From NCBI GenBank assembly GCA_045837725.1, contig JBEWZL010000163.1, positions 1 to 64,000 on the forward strand: a stretch of DNA of 64,000 nt, given 5' to 3'. This document shows positions 25,251 to 37,505 of this stretch, piece by piece. Made by a program: the position numbers and the translations under genes. A model generated the notes under the pieces. The model had not been told where the DNA came from, did no database searches, and worked only from the letters and a program-made list of their open reading frames with translations. The first letter of the stretch is position 1, and every line of letters begins with the position of its first letter. The stretch is from Vermamoeba vermiformis. Lineage: Eukaryota.

Positions 25251-26658
25251 ATGCATAACTGTTACATTTTAGTGCTTTTCTCCCTTATTGGCCTTGGAAG
25301 TGCGTATATGAACATTCAGAGTTCAGTCTTCAATGGAACACTTGCATCATGTAATTGGAATACCAAGGAAAACTTTACTGGAGTTATGTTTAATCCATAT
25401 TCATTGCTGGGTTACTCCAATATTGTTTTTTTGCCCGCTACATTTGGACTGTTAGATACTATAAAGAGCTTACAACAAGGTTTTCTGCCACAGGCTATTG
25501 TGCTAGTTAATCTCTTTCCAGGACCTCCTGGTTACGATCAACTTTCTGCATTTAAAATTGACGACTACAATATTTCCGTACCAATTATTAGTGTGGAATC
25601 AGTTGCCCTTGACATTTGGCTTAAAATAAATGGAACTGACACTGCACTTGCGGTAGAAATTTTTTATGGTAAAAATGGGGGGGTTATTTTCACTATCTAA
25701 CTTTTCTTTAGAGCCTAATCCCTGGATAGAAGTATCTCAAAGTGGTGGTTGGTACTTCTTGAACTATCTTTTAGTTGCAATTTGGGTGGCAGCCCTTGTA
25801 CTGGCTATTTGGCGCTTGGTTCAATTTCTGAAGGCACTTGGATGGAGGTTTTCAGTAGCTGTTGTTAGTTTAGTACTTTGTGTGGTGAACTGCATAAGTA
25901 ACTAGAAAAGATACTTACTCTTTGCTTAATTAAAATAACCATTTCCTCCGTAGTGGACCTTGCATGGTGGGCTCCTGATCCAGCTTGGAGTGGCCGAGCA
26001 TACACAGCAGACATTCAGCTTATCTTTTTGACCCTGTCTATGTGCTTAGCAGTTGTAATTATTTTGATTTCCACTGTTTACTGGTACGTCTTAAATAATG
26101 ATCCCTTTAGAGAGACTAATCATACATTACAGGCATGAGCTAATTTCTTTAGCTGGAATTCAAGTTAAAACCTTTATTACTCAATTCCGTGTTCCTTTCT
26201 TGGTTGTATCCATTATTCTTCTCTCCTTTGAACTGGTGATAGAAGTTTTGAACACTGCACTTGGAGCATCGTTGTTTGTATTTCAAGTGAACATAGCATA
26301 CACTGCAACACTTGCAGCTACTGCTGGTGGAACATTCATTTACATTATCGTTGTTACCATCATGGTTTCAAAATACTTTAAAAAGAAAGGAGGAGATATG
26401 GAACGTGCAAAGATGACAACCATTCGCATGATTGTAAATATTTTTGCATGTGCACTAATGGTTGTTGCAATTATACTTGCTCTCAATAATCAAACAACTA
26501 CTCCCTGGGGAATGAAATACTGCTACTTCATTGGACATTTAGGGGCAGCAATTGGCACTTTAACAACTGTTTTAAGTGTGCAACCTCCTGCTAAATCTCA
26601 ATTAAAATCTACCACCGCTACTTCCATGGGTTCTAGATCAATCAATTCGAACAACTAA
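25251..26658 (+). CDS. Signal peptide + extracellular domain + multi-pass (7TM-like) membrane protein, 3 introns
   Basis: Four consecutive ORF pieces joined by short GT-AG introns; EPNPW before about seven hydrophobic helices. Confidence 0.65.
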
Positions 26659-27066
26659 ATTTTTACACATTCTTGGATTCATAACACTATCTGTTACTAC
26701 TATATTTAATAAACAAAAAGTAACCCAAAATACATGTTGAATATTATTAGGACTCTCAGGGGTATAAATGAAGGTCCTTGCAGTCATTGAAATTATACCA
26801 GCACAGATGGAACTAATACTCTAACAATTTGTAAAATCTGTAAAAAGAAAAAATTATTAGTGATATTCGCTTGCGTGGTGCGAATGTAATGATGATCGGG
26901 ATGAGGATTGGGTTTGGGTATGTCATTATTCGCCAAAACCCAGAGCACGATTACTTTATTTACTCCAAGGTACCCAAAAATGAAAATGGAAATGCTTACA
27001 CAATTGGACTGACACGTCTTTCCTAGACTAATTACAATTTTCTAAAAACTGATACAAAAACCTAAT

Positions 27067-28815
27067 TTATTGAGTGTTGCTTCTATTACGAATGGATTCT
27101 GTTTTTGGTGGCTGTTGAAGCTTAAAAAGACTTGCAAACATTCCTTCCCTCTGCATTAGCTCGCTAAATTTACCCTGTTCAACAACTGATCCTGAATGCA
27201 ATACATAAATGTTGTCACACTTAATAACAGTGTTTAACCTGTGAGCCAAAATTAAAACAGATATTCCGAGTTTTCTCAACCCAATAATTGTTTCTTGCAC
27301 TTGGCGTTCTGCAATCGCATCCAATGCACTAGTTGGCTCATCCAAAAGTAGTAACTTGGGTTTTCTTAATAATGCCCTTGCTAAAGCAACTCTTTGTTTC
27401 TGCCCTCCAGAAAGCGTGGTTGGTTTTATGAAAGTTTTGTATCCTTCTGGTAACTCCATTATAGCATCATGAATTCCGGCTAGTTTAGCAGCATACTCTA
27501 CGTCATTGAGGGAGAACTCTGTAGCCCCAATACAGATATTATCTTGCAGAGTACCGGAAAAAATAAATGGCTCTTGAGGTACATATCCAATGTTAGATCT
27601 TAGGGTGTGTTCTGGAAGCTTCTTAAGATCAACACTTCCAAATGTTATTTCTCCTTCATAATTTTTATAAAAGTTTAACAGCAAACATATAATTGTGGAT
27701 TTGCCTGCTCCACTTGGTCCTACCAGAGCAACAACATTTCCTTCAGGAATACTTATAGAGACCTCTTTTAGAACTTGTTGACTTGAGTTCTTGTACTTAT
27801 AACTAATTGCATTCATTTCCAATGAAAAGTTAGTCAAATTTTCAATGTTTTCTGCAACACCTTCATTGGCATATTTAGTTCCTTCAATAGTGCCAAAGAA
27901 AGTTAAGGCAGCTTTTGATGCTCTGGTAAAATCCATGACTCTTATTGATAAATTCCGTATAACAAAATTGCAATTAATGACTGCTGTAACTAGCACTGAC
28001 ACCTGGCCAACAGTATTTTCTCCTTGTGACAGGGAATAGTAACCTAGCCAGGCCACCAAAACACAAACACCAGTTGAAAAAAGAGTCACCACTGAAGTTG
28101 ACATTGTTTGAATGCTTATGACTTTTCTTTCCACATTTTCCAACTTTTTTAGCTCTTCACCAAATCGAGAAGCAATGTCACTCTCAGCTGAGAACGCCTT
28201 CACTGATTTGATACCATTCAATGTTTCAGGAACAACAGAGACACTTGAGCTTAGAGCATTAAACCTTTGTATTTGAAGCTTTCCAGCTTTTCGTTGTGGA
28301 AACAGAGCAACAAAGAATACAATTATACCAATTCCTAAAACCACAACTCCATATTTCCAGTTATAATAAAATAACAGTATTACATAATACACAACATTCA
28401 AAGCTGCCACTGCAACCACTGGAACTGAATCTTTGGTGACATTTGCAATTACATCAACATCATTGGATATCGATGTTACCACACGGCCAACTACTTTTGA
28501 CTCTAAATCTTCCAAGCAAAGTGATAATAATGTAGTAAGCATGAATGCTCGAAGTTTCAAGGCCAGTTTGGAAGCATAAGAGCTAAAAATTAATAGAGAA
28601 AAAGACGAAACCAGAACAGAGAGTACCGTGTATCCAGCAAACAGATACAAGGTTATGTAAACAGCTTCTGTGGATACGCTTAGAGCGTCTATGTACATTC
28701 CAATTATGAAGGATAATCCAGGTAGAAGGGCTCCATTCAGTAGAGTTATACCTCCTCCTACTGCAAACAGAGATTTATTGGTATAAAGCGAGTAGGCTTT
28801 CAATAACCGGGTCAT
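27067..28815 (-). CDS. ABC transporter, ABCB-type half transporter (TMD-NBD), intronless
   Basis: GPSGAGKS, LSGGQKQR, LLLLDEPTSALD, AHRL; N-terminal TM domain. Confidence 0.93.
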   Translation of the reverse strand: MTRLLKAYSLYTNKSLFAVGGGITLLNGALLPGLSFIIGMYIDALSVSTEAVYITLYLFAGYTVLSVLVSSFSLLIFSSYASKLALKLRAFMLTTLLSLCLEDLESKVVGRVVTSISNDVDVIANVTKDSVPVVAVAALNVVYYVILLFYYNWKYGVVVLGIGIIVFFVALFPQRKAGKLQIQRFNALSSSVSVVPETLNGIKSVKAFSAESDIASRFGEELKKLENVERKVISIQTMSTSVVTLFSTGVCVLVAWLGYYSLSQGENTVGQVSVLVTAVINCNFVIRNLSIRVMDFTRASKAALTFFGTIEGTKYANEGVAENIENLTNFSLEMNAISYKYKNSSQQVLKEVSISIPEGNVVALVGPSGAGKSTIICLLLNFYKNYEGEITFGSVDLKKLPEHTLRSNIGYVPQEPFIFSGTLQDNICIGATEFSLNDVEYAAKLAGIHDAIMELPEGYKTFIKPTTLSGGQKQRVALARALLRKPKLLLLDEPTSALDAIAERQVQETIIGLRKLGISVLILAHRLNTVIKCDNIYVLHSGSVVEQGKFSELMQREGMFASLFKLQQPPKTESIRNRSNTQ

Positions 28816-29479
28816 CTTGAATTTAATGCACACCTGGCATTTTAAGCTACCCACAATTGTGGCCACAAATGTTATTTAATTTAAATTATTGGAAGAAAAA
28901 CAGATGACCAAAAAATGGATGCGTATATTCTGAAGAAATTTTGACAGCACAAGTTAGGAGTTGATTTGCCTTATCCCCTCCCTGCTTTAGCCATCGAAAA
29001 ATATTCCGCTAGGGGAAAAATCTTCTTCCTATGATCTTGTCATCACATTATGTGCAAGCAATAAAATCATCAAGTTGCTCTTTTTAGTTTTTGGTGAAAT
29101 ACCCTTAATTTTGTTGTGCCTTGTCCTCATAATTAAAAGAAACGAGCACACCAAAACCAGAAAAAAACCGTAAAAAAAACAGGGACATCAGCATTCATCA
29201 ATACCTTCATGGCAAATTTTGGTGGTTACCGACTCAGCATTTTGCTGAAACTCTGAGCATAGCAAGATTTTACAGCAATGTGATTGATAGCAATTGTTTC
29301 TTAGAGAACAGGAATGAAGAATCCAAAGCAAAAAATCAACATAAAGTCAGACCGACCCAGTATACCTAAATATTTCAATATCCAGGGTTATTTAATAGTG
29401 TGAACTTAATTTTTGAGGGTTTTTTCAACGCTACTTTTTTTGGCTGTAAAGGCTTGATCATTTTTTGCAATATAGAGGA

Positions 29480-30676
29480 ATGAGGACAGTAATCAACTAC
29501 TCAGCAACGAAATTAAAAGCAGCTCTTGACAAATTATGCCAAGATGAGAATGTTTGCCCCCAAAATATTTTGTACATGACGCTTGGAAACTCTCTACCAC
29601 ACATTATTAGAGATTTAAAAGAGTTTGGAACAAAAGGATTAGTTGTAATTAATGACTTTGAGAAAGAACTAGCCATGCTAATAGGTATGGGCTCAATAAT
29701 ACCAGTATGATGATAACCCTGAACTTAGGATGGCAGGAGTCGGACCTTTACGATTTTGCCCTTGTTCAAAAATCAGCCCCCAGGTTTCCCTGTTATGATA
29801 GTTTTAGGTGCTTTGAAGGAGAAATGTTGTGTACTGGATACAATATGGCTGCAAGCTCGTTTGGTACTGCTTTTTTAAGTTTGCAAACATTAATTAGTTG
29901 GTAGATGCACGCGTAGAAGTTTTATATTCAAAAAGATTAAACCAAAGAAATTACTGGTTTGGCAGCGGTAAGTCTCTCTATTATTATTACACAAAACTAA
30001 CAGAAAAAGATGGATCTGTGCTACTGGGGGCATGCAAGACTGCAAAAATCATCCTTGATGAGGTATACAAATAACTTGATTTATATTTAATTAAATATAC
30101 ATCAAATCTCAGGGTAATGATGCAATTTGTGGTCCGACATGCTACACTGGTGACATTCAACCAAAACTGTACAATATAGAAGGTACTATTATGTTTGTAA
30201 AACTGGTTTAACCCCAATCAGGCAAGACTTTCTTCTCAGTTCAGGCAGTAGGGTATTTCTCAACATGTTTTGGAATAAGATTCAATGGTAAAGAGATTCC
30301 AGTAATTGTAGGTAAGCAATGTGAATCACCAAGAACTCAATCCCTACTATAGAAAAACGAGAAAAATGAACAATTGTCCACTAGACTCCCTTTTTTGTAT
30401 CACATGATTTCAAGATCAATCTTGAGCAACAACGACAATGAAGATGTACATCTTACCAATTTGCAAGATGTGATGGATTTTCTTGACAAATTATGTGGAA
30501 CTCAGTTCCATATTGTCCACATAATGGTAGTTAATGGAAATAGTGAAGATAAGCAAAGGCTATCAGTAAGGAGGTTCATTGATTTTAGTGGAGGTTGTTT
30601 GAATTTGGTAGTTAACATGACTGGTTTACTCCGAGTAACAGCAATCTTGAAGCAAATTACAGTGCCAAAATATTAA
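29480..30676 (+). pseudogene. Degenerate ornithine/diaminopimelate decarboxylase-like gene
   Basis: ILYMTLGNSLPHII (PLP Lys position lacks K), ICGPTCYTGD, GYFSTCFGIRFNGKEIPV; in-frame TAA ~29938 in my splice model. Confidence 0.55.
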
Positions 30677-31877
30677 ATGAATAAATAAATTAGATGCACT
30701 TTTGATTAAAATCAAATACCAGCGTCCTTAGCAATAGACCATCTAATCAATAACAATCAAGAAAGACTATCACAATCAAAAAAATAATGAAAAATAAACA
30801 AATATTAAGCTTGGGACTAAGGAAATCTTAAAACTCATCCCCACTACTGAAGCACTATATTCACTTGAATTACAGCTACAGATCTGTTTTGACGAGATTA
30901 ATTTCTATAAATTTGAATAACATGACATTATGCACTTGTATAGAGTTGTTGACCAATATAATTGTACATTTTGATGGTTATTTTGTTGTGGTAGTGATAA
31001 AAAATCTACCCCAAAAATTTATTCACGCTTATCGCGGCTTCTGTCCTCAATCCTCATCAATTATCAAGCAATTAATTAAGATTATCATTCGATAATTATA
31101 ATAATATATAAAGAAGCATAATTTATCAGTTTACTGGGAGTTTAATATTTTGAGGGTATTTTGGTGAGTATGCACTGTCTTGTCAAAAAAAAATGGTGAA
31201 AAAAAAATTCTATCGCTGATTTGAATTTGCTTTCCACTTAAGTGGATACGTGAAATTTCATTTAATGTTATTTGTAACTCTATGTTATGATTATGTGGCG
31301 AGAAATTTCCTGCTGGTCACATGTTTTTTACTTATTTGTAGGCAAGTTAAAATCGATTTAACTGTTAGCCTCCAATTGCTTTTTTTTTTGGGCAATTTGG
31401 AAATTAAGATTAATTTAAAGTAATTAATTAAATGGTGCGTGTTTGGAGGCAAATACTCAAACTTTTTAATATTTCAATTGCCTTAACTGGGAGAATGCAA
31501 AAGAGATATAACAGTATCCTTTGAGATAAGAATGTATAGATTGTTATCTAACTATAATAATTGAATGGATAGTGTATAGTTTATTTGTTCTGAATCAATC
31601 AAATAAGGTGTAAATATGGTTATATTTATAGTGTTGTGAGCCGAGATTAAACTTGAGATAAGTAATATCCTTAATCACGCCTGCTTCAGAAATTTTTTAA
31701 ATTAATTAAATGTACGGGAAAAATGATTAGCTCAAAGCAGTTGATAATGTGCTGTTAGAAAGGGGTTGGCAAGAATCAGCAGAACAGTATACAATTTTAT
31801 TCAATGCGATAGACAGTTTAACCAATGCCACAAATATGAAAAATTTAGGAGGCTCTTAAAATTTGTCTTGTCATCCA

Positions 31878-32789
31878 CTAAATATTTTCTCCTTCAAATC
31901 CAGCCAAGCACAGTATTGTTTTTGTGAAGTACTGCTTTTCTAAAGGTTTTTGAGTGAACTTAGGAAGCTGAGTAACCTCAGGAAAGTAGGATGTTACTTC
32001 ATAAATTTCGTGTGGCAGATGTGCAGTCATGGCACCACTCAAAAATGCCTTTCTCTTCTTTTCTAATTCTTCAGGTGAGGCAAAGCTACGAGGTGTCATG
32101 CATATGTACAAGCCTAGCCTGATCCCTTGAGGAATAATGGGCTCTTGACCCCAGTGAACTAATCTACTATCCCATAAGACAAAGTCTCCTTTTTTGCACC
32201 GCACTTTAATGGCAGGCGAATCAGAAAAGAACTTTGCAACTTCTTCACTGGAAAACATTTTGGTCCGAGAAGCTGTTCCATAGAATTCCCCATTGGAAGA
32301 AAAAAGGAAATCATGTTTCTTGTGGGACTTGGGAATTACATAAGTCCCTCCAGCTAATTCAGCTTCAGAGTCAGTTAAAGCAAGAAAGCCTTGTACACAT
32401 CCAAAGCCTGGCTTTGTTTGGTCAACATGTGGCCATGCCGGTCTAGCCTCTTCTGGCAATCTTGGGACAGCAACATTGCACCCATCAAAGCTCACTAGCA
32501 AGTCCTCTTCCGCAATATTCCATATTTTTGCAAAGATTGCCATAACATTTTTGTGTGTTCTTGCCTGCCACATGAAATTTTCATGACCAATGGAATGATT
32601 TAGTACCCCATATGCATAGTCAGGACTCAAACTTCTCTTCCAATCCAAAGGATCCTGGGTAATATTATATTTTGATTCTAAGTATTGCCATAAACAACCA
32701 GCAAAATAATTCACTTCTTGTTCTGTCAAAACAGATTGTACAACTGTAAATCCATTATCTTGTAAATCTTGCAAATGTCCACTGTCCAT
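31878..32789 (-). CDS. Phytanoyl-CoA dioxygenase (PhyH)-family Fe(II)/2OG dioxygenase, intronless
   Basis: NGFTVV, WPHVDQ (HxD), KGDFVLWDSRLVHWG, R..LYICM. Confidence 0.9.
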   Translation of the reverse strand: MDSGHLQDLQDNGFTVVQSVLTEQEVNYFAGCLWQYLESKYNITQDPLDWKRSLSPDYAYGVLNHSIGHENFMWQARTHKNVMAIFAKIWNIAEEDLLVSFDGCNVAVPRLPEEARPAWPHVDQTKPGFGCVQGFLALTDSEAELAGGTYVIPKSHKKHDFLFSSNGEFYGTASRTKMFSSEEVAKFFSDSPAIKVRCKKGDFVLWDSRLVHWGQEPIIPQGIRLGLYICMTPRSFASPEELEKKRKAFLSGAMTAHLPHEIYEVTSYFPEVTQLPKFTQKPLEKQYFTKTILCLAGFEGENI

Positions 32790-32917
32790 TCTACAAATTG
32801 TTAAGGAGCAGAAAAATAGTTCACTTGAGTCAACCTATGATTTCCGTATTTCAGTAAACAAAAAAAAAACCTGCAATCAGGCTCACTGGAAGGATTTTAT
32901 TTTAAAACCAAAAAGAG

Positions 32918-33667
32918 ATGACAACTCATTTTGTTGTGGTGGTGACAGCTTATAACTGTGAGAATTACGTTGAAAAGGTTATTTCCTCTATTGGAAGCCA
33001 GAAATATGCCAATTTCGAGATAATATTCATTGATGATGCAAGCACTGACAACACGTATGCAAAAGCAAAATGCTTGGCCCTGAACAACATACACCTGCAC
33101 CAGAATTCGTCACGACAAGGCAGAATTTCCAACATAGTCAAGGCAGTTTCAACATGCAATGAAAAATCTGTTATTGTTCTAGTTGATGGGGACGATTTCC
33201 TTGCTGGTCCTGAAGTACTCTCAAAGCTGAATGAGGTGTACACAACGAAAGATGTATGGATGACTGTTGGAGGGCATGTGGTTGACCCTCCAATGGATTA
33301 CCCACCTGTAAAATATAATTTGTACTACTCTGCTGCAAATGACCAAAAAAGGAATTATAGGGACACAATATGGACTCAACCACACCTGCTAAGTTTCCGA
33401 GCCTCATTGTTTTGGAAAATAAATGACAAAGATATGAGGAATGAAGATGGGACATACATTACTGTTGCCACAGACTGTGCAATGGTGTGGCCAATGTTAG
33501 AAATGTCCAATGGAAGATACTATTCCTTTGTAGGGGAAGTTCTTTACAAATATAATACAGTAAATCCTCTAAGCTTACACTCTAAAGAGGAAAGGCGTAG
33601 AGAGCAGGTTGAGATGGAGCAGCAATTAAGAAAGATGAAACGTTACCCTCCCCTCGATAGTTTGTAG
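32918..33667 (+). CDS. Glycosyltransferase family 2, intronless
   Basis: VVTAYNCE, IIFIDDASTD, LVDGDD. Confidence 0.88.
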   Translation: MTTHFVVVVTAYNCENYVEKVISSIGSQKYANFEIIFIDDASTDNTYAKAKCLALNNIHLHQNSSRQGRISNIVKAVSTCNEKSVIVLVDGDDFLAGPEVLSKLNEVYTTKDVWMTVGGHVVDPPMDYPPVKYNLYYSAANDQKRNYRDTIWTQPHLLSFRASLFWKINDKDMRNEDGTYITVATDCAMVWPMLEMSNGRYYSFVGEVLYKYNTVNPLSLHSKEERRREQVEMEQQLRKMKRYPPLDSL

Positions 33668-33988
33668 CTCTGCATAAAACTTCTGATATTGCAAACAATT
33701 GATTATTGTTTTTATTCTGTTAAAAACTGACAATTTTGTGCCAATTAATAATATTGTTAAACCTCTTGCATCTGCAACATTCAATTAGCAGGCAATAATA
33801 AGCTATTTCCATAATCTATAAACTTCATGCAAAAAAGAAAATTACTAATTCAAGCAAAATTTAGCAAAGGTTCTTGGTCATCATGTTTTACAGCAATTGC
33901 TACAAATTCAAAGGGTTTTTGTTGCCCTATCAATTTTTTACACAGGGAAAAACCTTCTTTTTTGTTTTTACGGACACAACCACAGAAA

Positions 33989-35641
33989 ATGTCATGGGTG
34001 TCCTCCGTTCCTTCCCACTTATTGAAGCAAGAAACTCCTTTTTATCTAATATCAACTAGGGATTTACAGAAAAGAGTCTTACAATTGCAAGCAAGCTCAA
34101 TTCAACTTTATTACCCCTTAAAGTGCAATGCTACATTATTTCTTCTGAAAACTTTAGCTGATTATGGGACTGGGGCAGGTAATTTTGTGCACTAGTCATC
34201 ATTTGTAACTAATGCTTAAAACACCAAAGACTGTACTGATATTTCAGAGATTGACTTGGCTCTGGCAGCTGGATTCAAGCCTAAAAATCTCCTGTTTAAC
34301 TCAGTGGACTTTAACTTGGGAGCCGTGAAATTCATTTTAGAGCATGAGGGCATTGTAGTTGTAGACTCTGAAAAGCAGTTATCATTGATGCATGCTTTGC
34401 CAAAGGAACTTATAGATCAGGGGAAAATTCTTCTTCGGTTAAATATTGATCCCTCCATGAGTCATTTTGGTCAACAGATGGAAACATACATTGAATACTT
34501 GGCTTTAAATAGTATGTAAACTACACCCATATTTGATTTAATTGTAAGTAGATGTAAAGATCAGTGGGCTGCACTGCAGTACGGGAAGTGATATTACATC
34601 TATTGACCATTTTGAAAGTGTAATGGAAAAAATGGAAGAGGCAATTTCTTTGCTAGGTTTGATAAGTGTTATTAAACCAGGACTAACGAATAGAAATAGA
34701 GCACAAACTTGGCTACAAAATGACCACATTGGACATTGGCGGAGGTTTAGGGGTAAATGTGCAATCGTTGGATGATGATTTATTTGACAATTACTTGCAC
34801 ATTGTCCAAAGAATAGCATCCAAGTATCATTCAAAAATTTCTGTACTATCTGAGCTTGGGCGGGCCTTGGTAGGCCCTTCAATTGGTAAGCACCAACCAG
34901 TATTATTGCTAACTTTGCAGCCCTTTTTTCAAAGGTACTGGACATCAAAGGGCAACGCATACTTTGCGACAGTAAGTAAAATTGCAAAAAGAAAGAGGAT
35001 TAACTATAGGGCAGTTCCAGGAAATGCAGTTTTAGCAAAAAATGCAATGCCTTTCAAGAGTACAACAAATTCCATTGTGTTAAAAGGAGACTATAGCTTA
35101 ATATGCAGCCCTCCAAATACTGTTTACTCTAAAATATGTCATCAAGTGGAATATTTACCAGTTGGAAGCTTGATTTATTTTCCATTTTGTGGTGCGTATG
35201 TTCATGCACTACAGGGTGACCTGGCAGGAGTTGGAGGCCCCCGGATGGTAATTGCAAATCGTGTTATGGCAGTAAAACTCATCTTTTTTGTAGATTCATC
35301 TTGAAAGTTGTAGTGTTGTGGATGAGCCATACCTTTACTACCACCCAGATTTGGTGGGCTTGCACTCTCTTAACAGTTTTTCATTAATGTCTCCCAAGGA
35401 TATGTACATTGAGCTGGATCATGCTTTCAGCCATCCCAAAGATTTTTTGGAGAAAACATACCAATTAGGAGGAAGAAATCTAACTGGTGCAAAACTGGAA
35501 GGTTTCCATTTCTGGGAACATCCAACTAGTGAAGTCCTGAAATCACAAATGTGCATACTTATACGAGGAAATTTTTTCTATTCTTTATATTGTGGAAGTA
35601 ATAGTTTTGGAAATGCTAAGTTCAAACTATCTACGATGTGA
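33989..35641 (+). CDS. Fold-type III PLP decarboxylase (ornithine/diaminopimelate decarboxylase-like) with C-terminal extension, multi-exon
   Basis: ETPFYL, YYPLKCN (PLP lysine), LLRLN, GLHC, LDIGGGLG, SELGRALV, CGAY. Confidence 0.82.
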
Positions 35642-35905
35642 CTTGCTGGAATTTGATCTGACCAAGGAATAAATAATCCAAGGCCTCCTTATGATATTTG
35701 AAAAAGACGCAAAACTTATGACTCAAGCAAATTATTGATTGTGCATAATATTGATTTTTCATTTCATGGGTCAATTTTTGTTGGATTAAAAAGATACAAG
35801 CCTATCACTCCTAACAAAATGAATAAAAATTTTTTTTATTTTTCCATTATTTTTTTGGATGTGATGTAGTGGCTTGATTGTTCGTATCTGTTATTTGAAA
35901 GAACA

Positions 35906-37357
35906 ATGTCCCGACTTGTTGTAATCCCATTTTTAGTGATACTGTTACTGCCTGCAGTGTCTTTAAAGCCAACAATTTATTTTACAAGCCCAACTAATTC
36001 ATTCAGTCATTTTCAACCAACCTTTTATCTGTTGCAAGAGCTTTGCCATGCAGAGTGGACCTCCAATTTTAATTTGGTTTTAGTGGCTCACTTGACTTTT
36101 AAAGATAAAGCTAACTGCTCCAGTTTTATTGAGTCAAAAGTAATGTGGCCAGCTGATCTTTTCCCTCAGGAGTTGCCTTACAGTGAAACAGGTAACTGTT
36201 GCAATTCCTTAAACAACCTGACTAAAAATTCATTCAGATGATGAAGATAGCTTTGACTTTTCAAAATTTAGTCATGTTTATGCGGAAGAATTTCATTTCT
36301 TTCGCCAAGTGTTTATGCAGGTTAGTCACAATGTACAATTCTAAACTCATTCTAACCACGATGATCAAAGTCTACAGAGGAGGATATTGCAGTAATTGAT
36401 TCATTTTCTTTTGGTGCATTGGCTGCAGCAAATGAAAAAGGAATGAAAATACTTTCACATGCTCCTACCACCCTCTTTGATGTTTCTTATCCTTGTTTTC
36501 ACGTTGATTCTCCAATGTTTGATTTTCTATTGAATCCTGTTGCATGCTGGCTTCTGTACAGCTCACGAAAGTCTAGCTTCAAGGATATAATTGCTGAGTC
36601 TGGTCAATCTTTTAGTTTCCTCAGTCAAGCAGACCTTCATGTGAGATACAGTACTTCGTGGTTTGAGTCAACTGAAGATTGGAGGCATCCATATATGCTA
36701 CAAATGTCCCCAATATTTTATCATACACATGCAAAAGGAAGAGGAAATGGAATTCTTATTAGCTTTGGTTCAGCTCTTCACCCCAGAGAAAAACTGCAAA
36801 AAATAGTGTCAGATTCTTTACGCCAAATTCCATCTAAAAAAGTTTGGATTTCACAGTTACCATTGTTAAAGGTTACTGAAGGTGCTGGAATTCATGAAGT
36901 GAGATGGTCAAATCAAAGAGAACTGCTGTGCTCAGGAGACTTTGGAGTTTTTATTACGCATGGAGGACACAATAGTATTATTGATGCTCTTTATTGTGGG
37001 GTACCTATTGTGGTGATTCCATTAAATTTTGATCAGTTTGACAACGCAAGGAGAGTGGTAAAAGAAGGTTATGGACATGCATTCGCACGAAACAACAGAA
37101 ATTCAACAGAGCTTGCTTTGAAGTTAACAAGCTTACTTAGCAATCCACCATCAATCATCCAGGATGTTAGTAACAGGTTGCAACAGCACCCCTTAGGGCA
37201 AGTCGAAGCGGCCACAGCCTTGCAGAAGTTGGTATTTGGCAGAAGCAGCAAATCTCCTGTATTTTGGCTTTTGGACGTCTTTATAGTGTTTTTGGCCTTC
37301 ACATTCTGTACTTTTTCAGCTCTCACAATGATAATGTGTTTTAAACATTATAAATAA
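35906..37357 (+). CDS. UDP-glycosyltransferase (GT1; signal peptide and C-terminal TM like animal UGTs), 2 introns
   Basis: WSNQRELL...FITHGGHNSIIDALYCGVPIVVIPLNFDQ UGT signature. Confidence 0.88.
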
Positions 37358-37505
37358 CAATTTGATGGAATACATGATGTTATGTAGAAAGTAGACAAAT
37401 GAATTGTTCAGTCCACTCAACCCACTTCCATTTATTTGAAAAAAATATATATTTTTCTGGATAGTTTGACAGTTGAGAGCAGTTCTTTTATTTATTACTG
37501 GAATA

